A DNA stretch of 64,000 bases from a virus (lineage: Duplodnaviria > Caudoviricetes). A program made the translations under genes and the position numbers. Below, piece by piece: positions 19,405 through 28,498 of the stretch. The DNA lies in the IMG/VR virus record IMGVR_UViG_3300020120_000082, positions 1 through 64,000 of that record, one strand, 5' to 3'. Under the pieces are notes generated by a model. The model ran no database searches. It saw nothing but the letters and a program-made list of their open reading frames with translations, and was not told the origin of the DNA. Position 1 is the first letter of the stretch. Every line of letters begins with the position of its first letter.

Positions 19405-22011
19405 ATGGCTAATCCTGGTGCGTTTGACTCTGATGTCAGACAGATAGCTGAATTTGATTCAACTATCTTGTCTGCTGGGTGGATTGATTATGCTCTGCCA
19501 TTCGAGCATGAATTCATCACGTCATCAGGCGGACAGAGTTATAACGATACGGTTACTTTAGGTCGCACCGAAGGTTTATTGGCATCATCAGTCCTGGATG
19601 CCCTGGCATCAATCAACTTTGGGTTGAACACCGGCTTTACTCCATCAGATGTTATCGATATGTCGGGATCGGTGACATACAACCTGACCGATGGGTTCTC
19701 CGGCAATGGTGGAACAGGAATATCGGTAACTATGTCCATGGCCAGGCTGATGGGAGATTCCGAATCAGCCACGCTAGACGCAGTTGGCCAACTAACGCTA
19801 AGCAAAACGCTATCCATTAGTGTTACCAGCGTGGCCGATATGGTCTCGTTACTGACCATAATCTTGACGCTGGGATATACCCCGTCTGACACTCTTGACA
19901 TGTCGGCTTCAATATCAGCCAGTAGGACTGAAGGGTACTCCAACACTGGCGGAAACGGCCTTCTGGATACTATCTCCATAACCAGGGTTATGGGCCTATC
20001 TGAAACGGCCAACATTGATATTCTGAGTAATTTGTCACTGGGAGAAACTGAATCCTTGTCAGCTAGTGACGTTCTGGATGCGCTCGCCAGCATTACCCTG
20101 GCGCTGACTGACGGATTTACACCCAGCGATGTTTTGAGCATTCTGGCATCCATTTCGGCCAACCGAACAGAAGGCTATACCAACGCCTCTGGCAGTGACT
20201 TCCTGGACGTGACATCTCTGACTCGGATTATGGGCTTGTCAGATTCCGATACGCTGGATATGTCTGCCAGTGAGACACTGGCGCGGATCGAATCGCTCAG
20301 CACCAGCGATACGCTGGATATGTTAGCAAGCATTCTATTGGCGCTGACCGATGGCCTGACAAGCGCCGATACGCTGGATATGTCAGCCGCGACATCCGTA
20401 AACCGCACGGAAGGCTACACCAATAACTCGGGCAGCGATTTCCTGGATACAGCCTCTCTGACCAGGATTATGGGTTTCTCGGACACTGGGAATCTAGACA
20501 TACCGGGGAGCCTGTCTCTAAACAGAAACGAGTCGCTAAGCGCCAGTGACACGGTTGACATGCTGGTTAGCCTGACGCTGGCGCTGTTTGACACCATCAC
20601 GGCCAGCGATACGTTGGTCATGTCAGCGTCCATTTCTGCCAATCGCACTGAAGGCTACACCAACAATGGCGGAGCAGACACAACCGATACCCTGTCCATT
20701 ACCAGGGTGGAGGGCTATTCAACTTCCGACAATCTGGACGCAACCAGCCAGATGTCTATTGGTCGGTTCGACTTTGTTTCAACCAGCGCCAGCCTGGATG
20801 CTGTTGCGGCTCTGACTTTGATCGAACTGGATACGGTATCGATTTCGAGCAACCTGGATGCCACGATCTCGCTCACCCTGAACAAGACGGATGGTATTTC
20901 CCTGGCTGACGTTATTAGCATGCTGGCGCAAACGTCAGCTTCCAGGACGGAAGGCTTTACCAATTCTGGAGCCAATGACCAGCTTGACAACCTGTCGCTG
21001 ACCAGGGTTGAAGGGTATTCGACTTCGGACACCCTGAGCATGACCGTCAATATCACAGCCGGTCGGCTGGAGAGTATCACTACCTCCGACACGCTGGATA
21101 TGCAGGAATCAGTGGGCTTGACAGACATCCTGGGCTTTATTTCGAGCCTGGGGAATTCATTTGCCGATGTCCTGTTGCTCAATCGAACACTGGATATTCT
21201 ATCCAGCGACACTTTGAGTCTATCCGGCAGTACAACCCTGGATCGTCTGGAAGCGCTGCTTTCTTCAGACACCATGGATATGCAGGGATCGGTAGGCCTA
21301 TCGGACATTCTTGGGTTCCTGGTTGATGCTGGGAATTCGTTCTCTAGCAATCTGACTTTGAACCGAACCGACGCTTTATCGACTTCCGCGATCTTGGATG
21401 CGGTTGGAAGTCTGTCGCTCAACCGCGGCGAAGCGATAACGATTGCTGACATTATCAGCATGCTGGTGGCGGTTGGCCTATCGAAAACAGTTGACGAGTC
21501 CGGAAATAGCATAGTCGACACCAGCGTTTCAACCAGCCTGAACCGAAGCGAGACGGCAGTTCTAAGTGGCAGCAACGGAATTCCGGGATCGCTAAGCGTA
21601 GCCAGGACAGAAGGCTTTACCAACGCCTATGCTCTGGACCTGAGTTCCGGTCTGGCCCTGGATACGCTGAAGTCTCTAATTACCAGTTCCAACGCTGACC
21701 TGACCGGCAGCACGGTTCTGTCCGGGACATTATCGCTGGCTGGAAGCTCGGTCTCGGCCATATCCGGCAACGTTTCATTCGAAGAAGCTTTTGGCATCAC
21801 GATCATTGGCCTGACGACATTCCCGAATTTCTTCGGGTATCTGATTGTTGCCACGCAGTTGATGGGCGAAGCGGAAGTCGGCACTGGTTTTGCCAATGCG
21901 ATTTTGCTGACCAATCAGCCAATCCAATCCGTGGATCTGTCGACAGCCACATCTGACAGCGTGGTTACATCCACTCATGCGACGGGTGTCGCCAAGTTAG
22001 GAACCAAGTAA
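19405..22011 (+). CDS. Repeat-rich fibrous virion protein (20-aa repeats, 80-aa super-repeat)
   Basis: SDTLDMSASISASRTEGYSN-type units in 20-aa register. Confidence 0.75.
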   Translation: MANPGAFDSDVRQIAEFDSTILSAGWIDYALPFEHEFITSSGGQSYNDTVTLGRTEGLLASSVLDALASINFGLNTGFTPSDVIDMSGSVTYNLTDGFSGNGGTGISVTMSMARLMGDSESATLDAVGQLTLSKTLSISVTSVADMVSLLTIILTLGYTPSDTLDMSASISASRTEGYSNTGGNGLLDTISITRVMGLSETANIDILSNLSLGETESLSASDVLDALASITLALTDGFTPSDVLSILASISANRTEGYTNASGSDFLDVTSLTRIMGLSDSDTLDMSASETLARIESLSTSDTLDMLASILLALTDGLTSADTLDMSAATSVNRTEGYTNNSGSDFLDTASLTRIMGFSDTGNLDIPGSLSLNRNESLSASDTVDMLVSLTLALFDTITASDTLVMSASISANRTEGYTNNGGADTTDTLSITRVEGYSTSDNLDATSQMSIGRFDFVSTSASLDAVAALTLIELDTVSISSNLDATISLTLNKTDGISLADVISMLAQTSASRTEGFTNSGANDQLDNLSLTRVEGYSTSDTLSMTVNITAGRLESITTSDTLDMQESVGLTDILGFISSLGNSFADVLLLNRTLDILSSDTLSLSGSTTLDRLEALLSSDTMDMQGSVGLSDILGFLVDAGNSFSSNLTLNRTDALSTSAILDAVGSLSLNRGEAITIADIISMLVAVGLSKTVDESGNSIVDTSVSTSLNRSETAVLSGSNGIPGSLSVARTEGFTNAYALDLSSGLALDTLKSLITSSNADLTGSTVLSGTLSLAGSSVSAISGNVSFEEAFGITIIGLTTFPNFFGYLIVATQLMGEAEVGTGFANAILLTNQPIQSVDLSTATSDSVVTSTHATGVAKLGTK

Positions 22012-22301
22012 TGGATAACTATTTCCAGGGATCCAGGGTTCGCTTGAAAGCGACCTTCGAAGACGAGACGCATACGCTGGCCGACCCTACGACAGTGACT
22101 GCCAAAGTTGAGAACCCCAATGGAACAGTCACCACTTATATCTATCTGACTGATGCCGCCTTGGTGCGTGAGTCGGTTGGTGTTTACCACCTGGATATTG
22201 ACGTCAACGTTGCCAAGACTTGGTATTACCGTTTTGAAGGAGCAGGGATTGTCGAGGCTGCTTCACAGGGAAGTTTCAACTGCATTGCCGGGAGGCCGTA
22301 A
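22011..22301 (+). CDS. Small Ig-like structural protein
   Basis: DPTTVT..PNGT, GVYH.D, WYYR.EG motifs. Confidence 0.55.
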   Translation: MDNYFQGSRVRLKATFEDETHTLADPTTVTAKVENPNGTVTTYIYLTDAALVRESVGVYHLDIDVNVAKTWYYRFEGAGIVEAASQGSFNCIAGRP

Positions 22302-22693
22302 TGGACATCGGAACGATTTGGAAACACTTCATCGATCAGTTCCAGTACCCGCTGTTAGGCTTGTTGGTCCTGATTGTCCTGGATTTTCTCAGCGGTGTTG
22401 GAGCGGCTTTGAAGAAGAAGCAGTTTAATTGGGCCAAGATTGGGGACTTCTACAAGACCAACGTTTTACCGCTGGTCTTGGGATGGCTGACTTGGTCATT
22501 GGCGTCTTTCGCTGTTTCCAGTATTCCCGGACTGCCACCGTCGATTGTGACAGCCCTAAGCACTGGATCAGCCGGGGTATCTTACATCGCCCCGGTGGCT
22601 GTTTTGCTGAATAGCATTGCCAGTAACACCAAGGAGATTACCACTGCTCCAGCCCAAACACCTGTGCCGGTTCCAACGGAGACTAAGCCATGA
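22301..22693 (+). CDS. Holin-like membrane protein
   Basis: IVLDFLSGV.AA.K..F.W.K..DF motif; about 3 hydrophobic segments. Confidence 0.65.
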   Translation: MDIGTIWKHFIDQFQYPLLGLLVLIVLDFLSGVGAALKKKQFNWAKIGDFYKTNVLPLVLGWLTWSLASFAVSSIPGLPPSIVTALSTGSAGVSYIAPVAVLLNSIASNTKEITTAPAQTPVPVPTETKP

Positions 22694-22845
22694 CAAACAA
22701 TCGCTCGCTCGGTGTGCTTTGCTTGTGCGCGTTCTTGATCGTTTTTGGACTGATTGTTATCACCAACTTTCGTTTTGCAGGCGAAGAGATTATTGAGGGC
22801 ATTTTGGCTCTCGCGGCTGGGGTGTTGATCTTGCTCGGTCGCTGA
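22690..22845 (+). CDS. Small two-TM membrane protein (51 aa, not in the ORF track)
   Basis: ATGA overlap; MTNNRSLGVLCLCAFLIVFGLIVITNFRFAGEEIIEGILALAAGVLILLGR*. Confidence 0.65.
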   Translation: MTNNRSLGVLCLCAFLIVFGLIVITNFRFAGEEIIEGILALAAGVLILLGR

Positions 22846-22854
22846 TAGTGTAAA

Positions 22855-23316
22855 ATGAGAATCTCTCCAGTTGAACGTCTCCAGGTAACTAGGGATTTAA
22901 CTGATACCAGGGCTGACACGCGGCTGTGCTATATCTGCACGCCTGTCTTGGTCGATCAGGATTTTGACGAAGACACGCGTTCGGGTGACAACATGACCGA
23001 GGGCAACGGTTTGGGCCAGGTAGCCGCAGACTGGAAGATCTACGCGCTGCGGGTCCATTTCCGCAATGTCGACACCATGCTTATGAACTTTGGGCATGTT
23101 CCGCCAGGCGTGGAGTTGGGAGACGCTCTGATCAACTTTGGTAGCAGAGATCTGCCCGCGGTTGAGCAGTCGATGGAGAGCGAAAATTCGTACTTGCTTA
23201 TCGATGGCGATACGTTCCACATCTTGAGCGTGTTGCCATCGGGATTAGGCCAGATTGAGGAGTGGGCTGCGGATGCCCGACACTTTACGCCCATTTTTAG
23301 GGCACAAGGATATTAG
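22855..23316 (+). CDS. Head closure/stopper-like protein
   Basis: Position; G..E.GD, IDGDTFHI motifs. Confidence 0.5.
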   Translation: MRISPVERLQVTRDLTDTRADTRLCYICTPVLVDQDFDEDTRSGDNMTEGNGLGQVAADWKIYALRVHFRNVDTMLMNFGHVPPGVELGDALINFGSRDLPAVEQSMESENSYLLIDGDTFHILSVLPSGLGQIEEWAADARHFTPIFRAQGY

Positions 23317-23318
23317 TC

Positions 23319-23669
23319 ATGGAAACGACGACGACTTTAGCCGCGACAGTGACCGTTGAAACTGCCCAGGTGCCGGACCTCACTCCGAAAGCTATCTTGG
23401 CGGAAATGCCCAACCGGCGTGAAGCGACCAAGCTGGAAACGGTTGAGCACGAAATTGGGTTCATGATCTCGCATCGCATGAAGCGCCTGCTGGTGATTTG
23501 CGATATGCATGGCGATGATCTGAGCAAGATCCTGAGCCCGGTCAGCATGAAAAAGGTGGATGTTCACGATGGGCGCTCGGTCATGCGCGAGGCTATCTTG
23601 AGCGAACTGAACCAGTTGAATCGCGAGATCAGTTCCAGGTTGAACGACACATGGCCTTTGAAGGCTTGA
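23319..23669 (+). CDS. Hypothetical protein
   Basis: Coupled ORF within the operon. Confidence 0.6.
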   Translation: METTTTLAATVTVETAQVPDLTPKAILAEMPNRREATKLETVEHEIGFMISHRMKRLLVICDMHGDDLSKILSPVSMKKVDVHDGRSVMREAILSELNQLNREISSRLNDTWPLKA

Positions 23670-24304
23670 AAGCTCGGATCGAAAAGCAGCGCACCATCAT
23701 GCACAACCAGAGATATCTGGCTGACATGGTGGCAGATGCGCAGTCGCTGATCAAGCAGAGCGCGGAAAGCAATTTGCCGCATAGTGCGCCTGCGCCGACT
23801 GGGACAATGATCAGGAATCTAACCACCGAGTCGGGCATTGTTGAGACATCGACCGGTCTTCACGATGGCCTGGGAGATCGCAGCCTGGTTGGCCATGAAA
23901 CTAACCGGGCTCAACCCGGCGTGATCTCTGAGTTTTTGCGTGATCATGATGAGTTTAGGCTTGGCCGAGAAAAAGACGAAGACCTTAAGAAGAAAAAGAC
24001 CGACGAAAAAACCGGGTTTGTCTTCGACAAGACCAAAGCTTGGGCCTACCTCTCGGAGAGAGCCAAGGCCGAGCTTCAATATGCTCGCGAAGGCGGCATG
24101 TACGGCGGTGGATCGGAAGGCATTGGCGTAGGGATGTCTGCTTACTTCTTCCAGCAGGAGGGCTACCTGGATGGATGGCACGAAGGGGCAGAGAAGTCCA
24201 ATATTACACCCACCTATTTTGTGTTCAAGGCTCTGAGAGAGTGGCGTTCGCAATATGCTCGTCTGGTCTTAGATCAGGTTGCCAGGGATTTCAAGGCGGC
24301 ATAA
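23651..24304 (+). CDS. Neck/tail completion protein (HK97 gp10-like position)
   Basis: Synteny; TG...R, Y..Q.EG, PTYFVFKA. Confidence 0.45.
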   Translation: MAFEGLKARIEKQRTIMHNQRYLADMVADAQSLIKQSAESNLPHSAPAPTGTMIRNLTTESGIVETSTGLHDGLGDRSLVGHETNRAQPGVISEFLRDHDEFRLGREKDEDLKKKKTDEKTGFVFDKTKAWAYLSERAKAELQYAREGGMYGGGSEGIGVGMSAYFFQQEGYLDGWHEGAEKSNITPTYFVFKALREWRSQYARLVLDQVARDFKAA

Positions 24305-24850
24305 ATGCCAGGGATAGATCGGAATATTCAGAAATCATTGATGGCCCATGTGCGCGGACTGCTTAAGTCTCCGCCTACAGCGGCTGGTTTGACAGCTTTC
24401 TCGGTTTACAACGAGAAAGATTTGATTGCCATCAATGCGGGTGCCGATCTACCCCTGAACCCATTTGTGTTTTTGCTGGACACGTACATGCGTGCCAAGG
24501 TAGCAGCGCTGCCGATGGTGATCATCGAAGTCTTTATGATCCACAAGGTTCCCTACGAGCTTGGCAATCGTAATGGAAGAACGCAGGAAGCCAATATCCA
24601 CTGCTTTGGCCGCACGCGTGGCGAGCGAGATGATCTGGCCAGTTTCATGGCCGACTATATTGGGGCGACGTTCCCGGTCTACACCTATGTCAGTGGATCG
24701 GCGGGGGATGTGGGGACATTTTTGGAGAACGCCGAGATCGAGCCGGATGTGTTAGTGCAGTTTGCGCCCCAGGCAGGACAAGAAATCAGGCGAGACGCGT
24801 CGTTGGATTTGTGGAAGTACGTGAATTTCAGGTTTAGAACAAAGAACTAA
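24305..24850 (+). CDS. Tail terminator-like protein
   Basis: Directly before the tail tube gene; LPMVII, ELG, ERDDL motifs. Confidence 0.55.
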   Translation: MPGIDRNIQKSLMAHVRGLLKSPPTAAGLTAFSVYNEKDLIAINAGADLPLNPFVFLLDTYMRAKVAALPMVIIEVFMIHKVPYELGNRNGRTQEANIHCFGRTRGERDDLASFMADYIGATFPVYTYVSGSAGDVGTFLENAEIEPDVLVQFAPQAGQEIRRDASLDLWKYVNFRFRTKN

Positions 24851-24925
24851 GTAACTTAGGCGATCAGGCAATGTTTTTCATGTAGTCGTATCCGAGCAGT
24901 CGTCGTCTAAGGAGCTAAGAGTACC

Positions 24926-25933
24926 ATGGCTAATCCGCCGAATATCGCAATGTATGGGTTTCTTTCGCAAGTCTGGCTGCTGAACACCACGTCCGGCAGT
25001 CAGGCGGTTATCGATCGCGTCCAGTCGATCGAGCCGTCCGTGGCGCTGACCACCACGCGCTACTATGAGTTGGGCCGCAAGGGGCCTATCGGTTCTACGC
25101 AAAACCCTGCCCAGTACCGATTGGCTCTAATGCAAAACATGTCCAACTCGCTCGAATTGGATTATGTCCTGGCGGGAAAGAACACCAGCCCCGCAGGCGT
25201 ACAGACTTGGAATTTGGGTGATCTGCTGACCAACGCCGGTCACTATACGGCTTACGTCCTGAACCGCAACCAGGACGCAACCATCATGGACGAAAAGGAA
25301 GTCAACGGCTGCTCGATCGCTGACATCACCTGGTCGTTCAGCACCAATGCGGCCATCAGCCAGTCGTTCAACCTGATCGGCACGGGCGGCAAGCTGTACA
25401 AGAGCGCCAGCACCGTGCACACCTGGGGCGCAACGGATGACACTTCCCTGGGCGGCGTTCACGGCAAGGAAGCCCGGATCTGGTTTACTTCCGGATCCGC
25501 TTCGACCACCAGAGCTTTCCGTATCCAGACCATGCAACTGCGGGCCACTTTCCCGAACGTCTACGTGGGCGAGTTAGGCAACCGCGCACTAGTTGGCACT
25601 CTGTCAGACGCGCCTGAAGTGACGCTGGACTTCGACATCCTGACGGCTGATGATCAGCCAACCGACAAGTTCTTTGTCGATCAGACCACCTACTACGACC
25701 TGAACAACACGGTCTCGCCGTTCAATGCGTTTATCCGCATTGACGATCCGACCAACACGGTCGAAGGCGCGTCTATCATCAAGTCGTTCAAAGTCGAGAA
25801 CGTTCTGGCGGTTTCGCACACACCCATTCGTTCTCAGGTGCGTGGCCTGTCAACAGCCAGATATTCTCTGATCGTTTCGAAAGAAACGACCGCTGACTCG
25901 GGCGGCGTAATAATCTCTAATAACAACCAGTAA
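24926..25933 (+). CDS. Major tail (tube) protein
   Basis: RVQS....YELG motif occurring in two halves; strong codon bias; AAGGAG RBS; upstream of chaperone and tape measure genes. Confidence 0.7.
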   Translation: MANPPNIAMYGFLSQVWLLNTTSGSQAVIDRVQSIEPSVALTTTRYYELGRKGPIGSTQNPAQYRLALMQNMSNSLELDYVLAGKNTSPAGVQTWNLGDLLTNAGHYTAYVLNRNQDATIMDEKEVNGCSIADITWSFSTNAAISQSFNLIGTGGKLYKSASTVHTWGATDDTSLGGVHGKEARIWFTSGSASTTRAFRIQTMQLRATFPNVYVGELGNRALVGTLSDAPEVTLDFDILTADDQPTDKFFVDQTTYYDLNNTVSPFNAFIRIDDPTNTVEGASIIKSFKVENVLAVSHTPIRSQVRGLSTARYSLIVSKETTADSGGVIISNNNQ

Positions 25934-25957
25934 CCGATCAGGTTGTCAATCTGGTTG

Positions 25958-25999
25958 TGTCTGGCAGGGTGCTCGCGTCTCGGAACACCCTGCCAGATA
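25958..25999 (+). terminator. Strong hairpin after the tail tube gene (terminator or mRNA stabiliser)
   Basis: TGTCTGGCAGGGTG/CACCCTGCCAGATA 14-bp stem; no U tract. Confidence 0.55.
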
Positions 26000-26024
26000 A
26001 ACTTATAGGCGAGATATAACGAAC

Positions 26025-26354
26025 ATGGAAGTCACTCGTGAGAACTGGGAGAGTCTTAACTCTGAGATTGATATCCTGAGATCGGATATGAACATCGTTC
26101 AAAGAGAACTACGCGATCTCAAGCTAGTGGTTTATGGGAACAACGAATTGGGAATCGTCGGTATTCAAACAACGATCAGGCAGATTAACGACAAACTGGA
26201 CTCGCTCAAGGATAGCGTACTATCCATCCAGGACAATCGAAAGTTCATTATCACCATGGTCGGCTTATTTATCTCGATGGTGGGTAGCGTTGGCGCGTTG
26301 GCAGGTGTTATTTTTGTGATTGCCCAGAATGCTCAAAAGATTGCCGTGCCATGA
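26025..26354 (+). CDS. Coiled-coil membrane protein
   Basis: Coiled coil, YGN..G motif and C-terminal TM segment. Confidence 0.65.
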   Translation: MEVTRENWESLNSEIDILRSDMNIVQRELRDLKLVVYGNNELGIVGIQTTIRQINDKLDSLKDSVLSIQDNRKFIITMVGLFISMVGSVGALAGVIFVIAQNAQKIAVP

Positions 26355-26839
26355 TCAAATCTCGCCGGTCCTATGATTCGCCGCGTATTACCAGTTTGCT
26401 AATCCGGTTGGGGGCTATTCTGGCGTTGATTATTGCCCTGATGGTTGGGTTCTTGATTTATACGGTTGTCACGCTAACTAAGCCGCCAATCGTTTTCACG
26501 CATCCGGAGTATCAGCCGGTCAGCGATATTCTATGTCCGGGAGAACATCTGCAATATACAGCCCAGGTCCTGGTTTATCGGGACCCCATTGCACCGACAG
26601 TGGTCAAGACATGGTGGAACCTGGACGCCAATTCCCAAATCGCCAATCCAAACAATACGGATATTCAAGTTTGGATCGGGACACCCGTTTTTTCTGTGGA
26701 CATACCGGTTGATGACGTCGTTCCGCAGGCCATTCCGGGAAATTATGAGCAGCGTGGAGCAATTCGGCTCAGCCAACTTTATGCCGTAGCTTACAGCGTG
26801 AGATTTACCATCCCGGTTGGCTGCGTGCCTACTCCGTAG
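26351..26839 (+). CDS. Membrane-anchored Ig-like protein
   Basis: N-terminal TM; CPGE.L.Y..., PGNY. Confidence 0.65.
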   Translation: MIKSRRSYDSPRITSLLIRLGAILALIIALMVGFLIYTVVTLTKPPIVFTHPEYQPVSDILCPGEHLQYTAQVLVYRDPIAPTVVKTWWNLDANSQIANPNNTDIQVWIGTPVFSVDIPVDDVVPQAIPGNYEQRGAIRLSQLYAVAYSVRFTIPVGCVPTP

Positions 26840-26851
26840 GAAAAGATAGGT

Positions 26852-27460
26852 ATGAGCAACCAGTCAGAGTGGACTCTCGGCACCCTATATAAACATATCC
26901 GGGAAGTGATTGATGGGGTTCGCCTGGAGTATCGCCAGCAGTTCAAGAGCATGGACAAGGCCAACAAGCTGGCCCTGGCTGGGCAGAAGATCTTGGACCA
27001 GAAGAATAACGAGTTTCGCACCCAGCTTGACCGGCAGGCTGACACGTTTGCCACCAAGGCCGATGTCGATAGTCGGTTGAGTTCCATGACCGACATTATT
27101 GACGCTAACAAGCAATTGTCCGAGGAGCGTCGGGATACGTTTGACAAGCAGATCGCTGCCATCACTCTGTCGGTCAGCGACCGGGTAACCAGGGTAGAGC
27201 ACAGCGCTTTGCTGGATCAAATTGCGGCCATCCGGCTGGAATTGAAAGATGTGGTAACCAAGAAAGATCTGGAGATCACGCTGACGGCTATGCGTTCCCA
27301 GATCGATTCTCTGGATGCCAACCGCAATGTTATTCAGGGCCAGAGTCAGCAGCGGGTTCAAAGTACCAATAATGCCCAGTGGATCATTCAACTGGTATTG
27401 GGAATTCCGTTCTTGTTTTTGGCAATTGTGGAGGCAGCCAGGCTGATTGCAGGCCGGTAA
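26852..27460 (+). CDS. Coiled-coil protein with C-terminal TM segment
   Basis: NEFR.QL..Q..TFATK motif, heptads, hydrophobic C-terminus. Confidence 0.65.
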   Translation: MSNQSEWTLGTLYKHIREVIDGVRLEYRQQFKSMDKANKLALAGQKILDQKNNEFRTQLDRQADTFATKADVDSRLSSMTDIIDANKQLSEERRDTFDKQIAAITLSVSDRVTRVEHSALLDQIAAIRLELKDVVTKKDLEITLTAMRSQIDSLDANRNVIQGQSQQRVQSTNNAQWIIQLVLGIPFLFLAIVEAARLIAGR

Positions 27461-27476
27461 ATTCCAGATCTGGAAT
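27461..27476. repeat. 16-bp palindrome, copy 2
   Basis: ATTCCAGATCTGGAAT immediately after a stop codon. Confidence 0.9.
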
Positions 27477-27517
27477 CTTTATTCGTGTAACACCAGGCAG
27501 TTAGGAGATTAGGCACA

Positions 27518-28240
27518 ATGGAAAAGATGGAAGAAATTACGCTTGACCGGCTGTACCGTCCCGTTCGTAACAACATCCCCGTTGGAAAGACCAAGCTGTC
27601 TGTTCGGGCTCTTTCCGGACCAGAGAAAGACGCTCGCTCCCTGTATGCCACCAACCAGGCTCGCAAGCTGGAAAAGATCCTGGCGGATTCCGAATCGGAT
27701 GAATATCAATTCCGGCTAGAGTTCCTGGAGTCACTGGAAGTTGACGATCTGGTGAACTTCATGAAGTCCAGGATGATGGTGATCGTCCAGCCGGAGATTG
27801 AGAAGAAAAACGAGCCGGTCTATCAGCCATTCCCGGAAGAAGCGACGGAAGAAGAGAAGAAAGCCGTTCTGGATGCTCGCGAAGACGAAGAACTCAAGCG
27901 GCAGGCCAAAATTGAGACCGAAATCAAGGCCAAGCTGGACGAGTATTACGAGAAGAATCTGAAAGACAAGACCAAGGAAGAGCTATTGAAAATGGCCAGG
28001 GGGCAGATCGTTGGATCCCTGTCCCTGGAAAGAGCCAATGCGTCTTTTGCCTATTACACCCTGTACGCTTCGGTAATGGACGAGCAGGGCAACCGGTATT
28101 TCAAAAGTGTTGAAGAAGCCAGCAACCTGGAAAATAATGTTGTCTTTTTTCTGTACGGCATTTCCAGGGAGGTCAATGATATCAACCCTTTGGCATTGAG
28201 TGGTTCGTCATCGACGGATACACCCGAGACATTTACATAG
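27518..28240 (+). CDS. Tail assembly chaperone (gpG-like)
   Basis: Acidic helical protein before the tape measure gene; slippery heptamer near its 3' end. Confidence 0.75.
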   Translation: MEKMEEITLDRLYRPVRNNIPVGKTKLSVRALSGPEKDARSLYATNQARKLEKILADSESDEYQFRLEFLESLEVDDLVNFMKSRMMVIVQPEIEKKNEPVYQPFPEEATEEEKKAVLDAREDEELKRQAKIETEIKAKLDEYYEKNLKDKTKEELLKMARGQIVGSLSLERANASFAYYTLYASVMDEQGNRYFKSVEEASNLENNVVFFLYGISREVNDINPLALSGSSSTDTPETFT

Positions 28241-28494
28241 CCGTCAGCCAGGGGCATATGCCAATTTGGGATGGCCCGGTTGAGCATATGCCCTGGTGGT
28301 GGACTTACATCTTGCAGCTTGAGAAACGCGTTGACGGTTTGCTGGAGTCGGCAGCATTTGATCCGGAGCATAAGTATCCGCCGAAAGAGATCTGGCCGCT
28401 GTCTAAGCACAAAGAACTGGAAGACTGGAACGAAGATCGGCGCAAGCTGTCTGAAGAAAAAGCCAAAGAGAAACAGGCACTGAGCAACTGGTGA
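28186..28494 (+). CDS. Frameshift extension of the tail chaperone (gpT-like), -1 shift at C CCT TTG
   Basis: The -1 frame is open from the heptamer through ORF 28258..28494. Confidence 0.75.
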   Translation, partial: PFGIEWFVIDGYTRDIYIAVSQGHMPIWDGPVEHMPWWWTYILQLEKRVDGLLESAAFDPEHKYPPKEIWPLSKHKELEDWNEDRRKLSEEKAKEKQALSNW

Positions 28495-28498
28495 GACT

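Noticed and set aside
18621-21914. Long antisense ORFs over the Gly-rich and repeat genes
   Set aside because: Shadow frames caused by low-complexity codon use on the + strand
27502-27514. Shared TAGGAGATTAGGC leader, also near 44858
   Set aside because: Mostly a Shine-Dalgarno sequence; two copies are insufficient evidence of a separate motif
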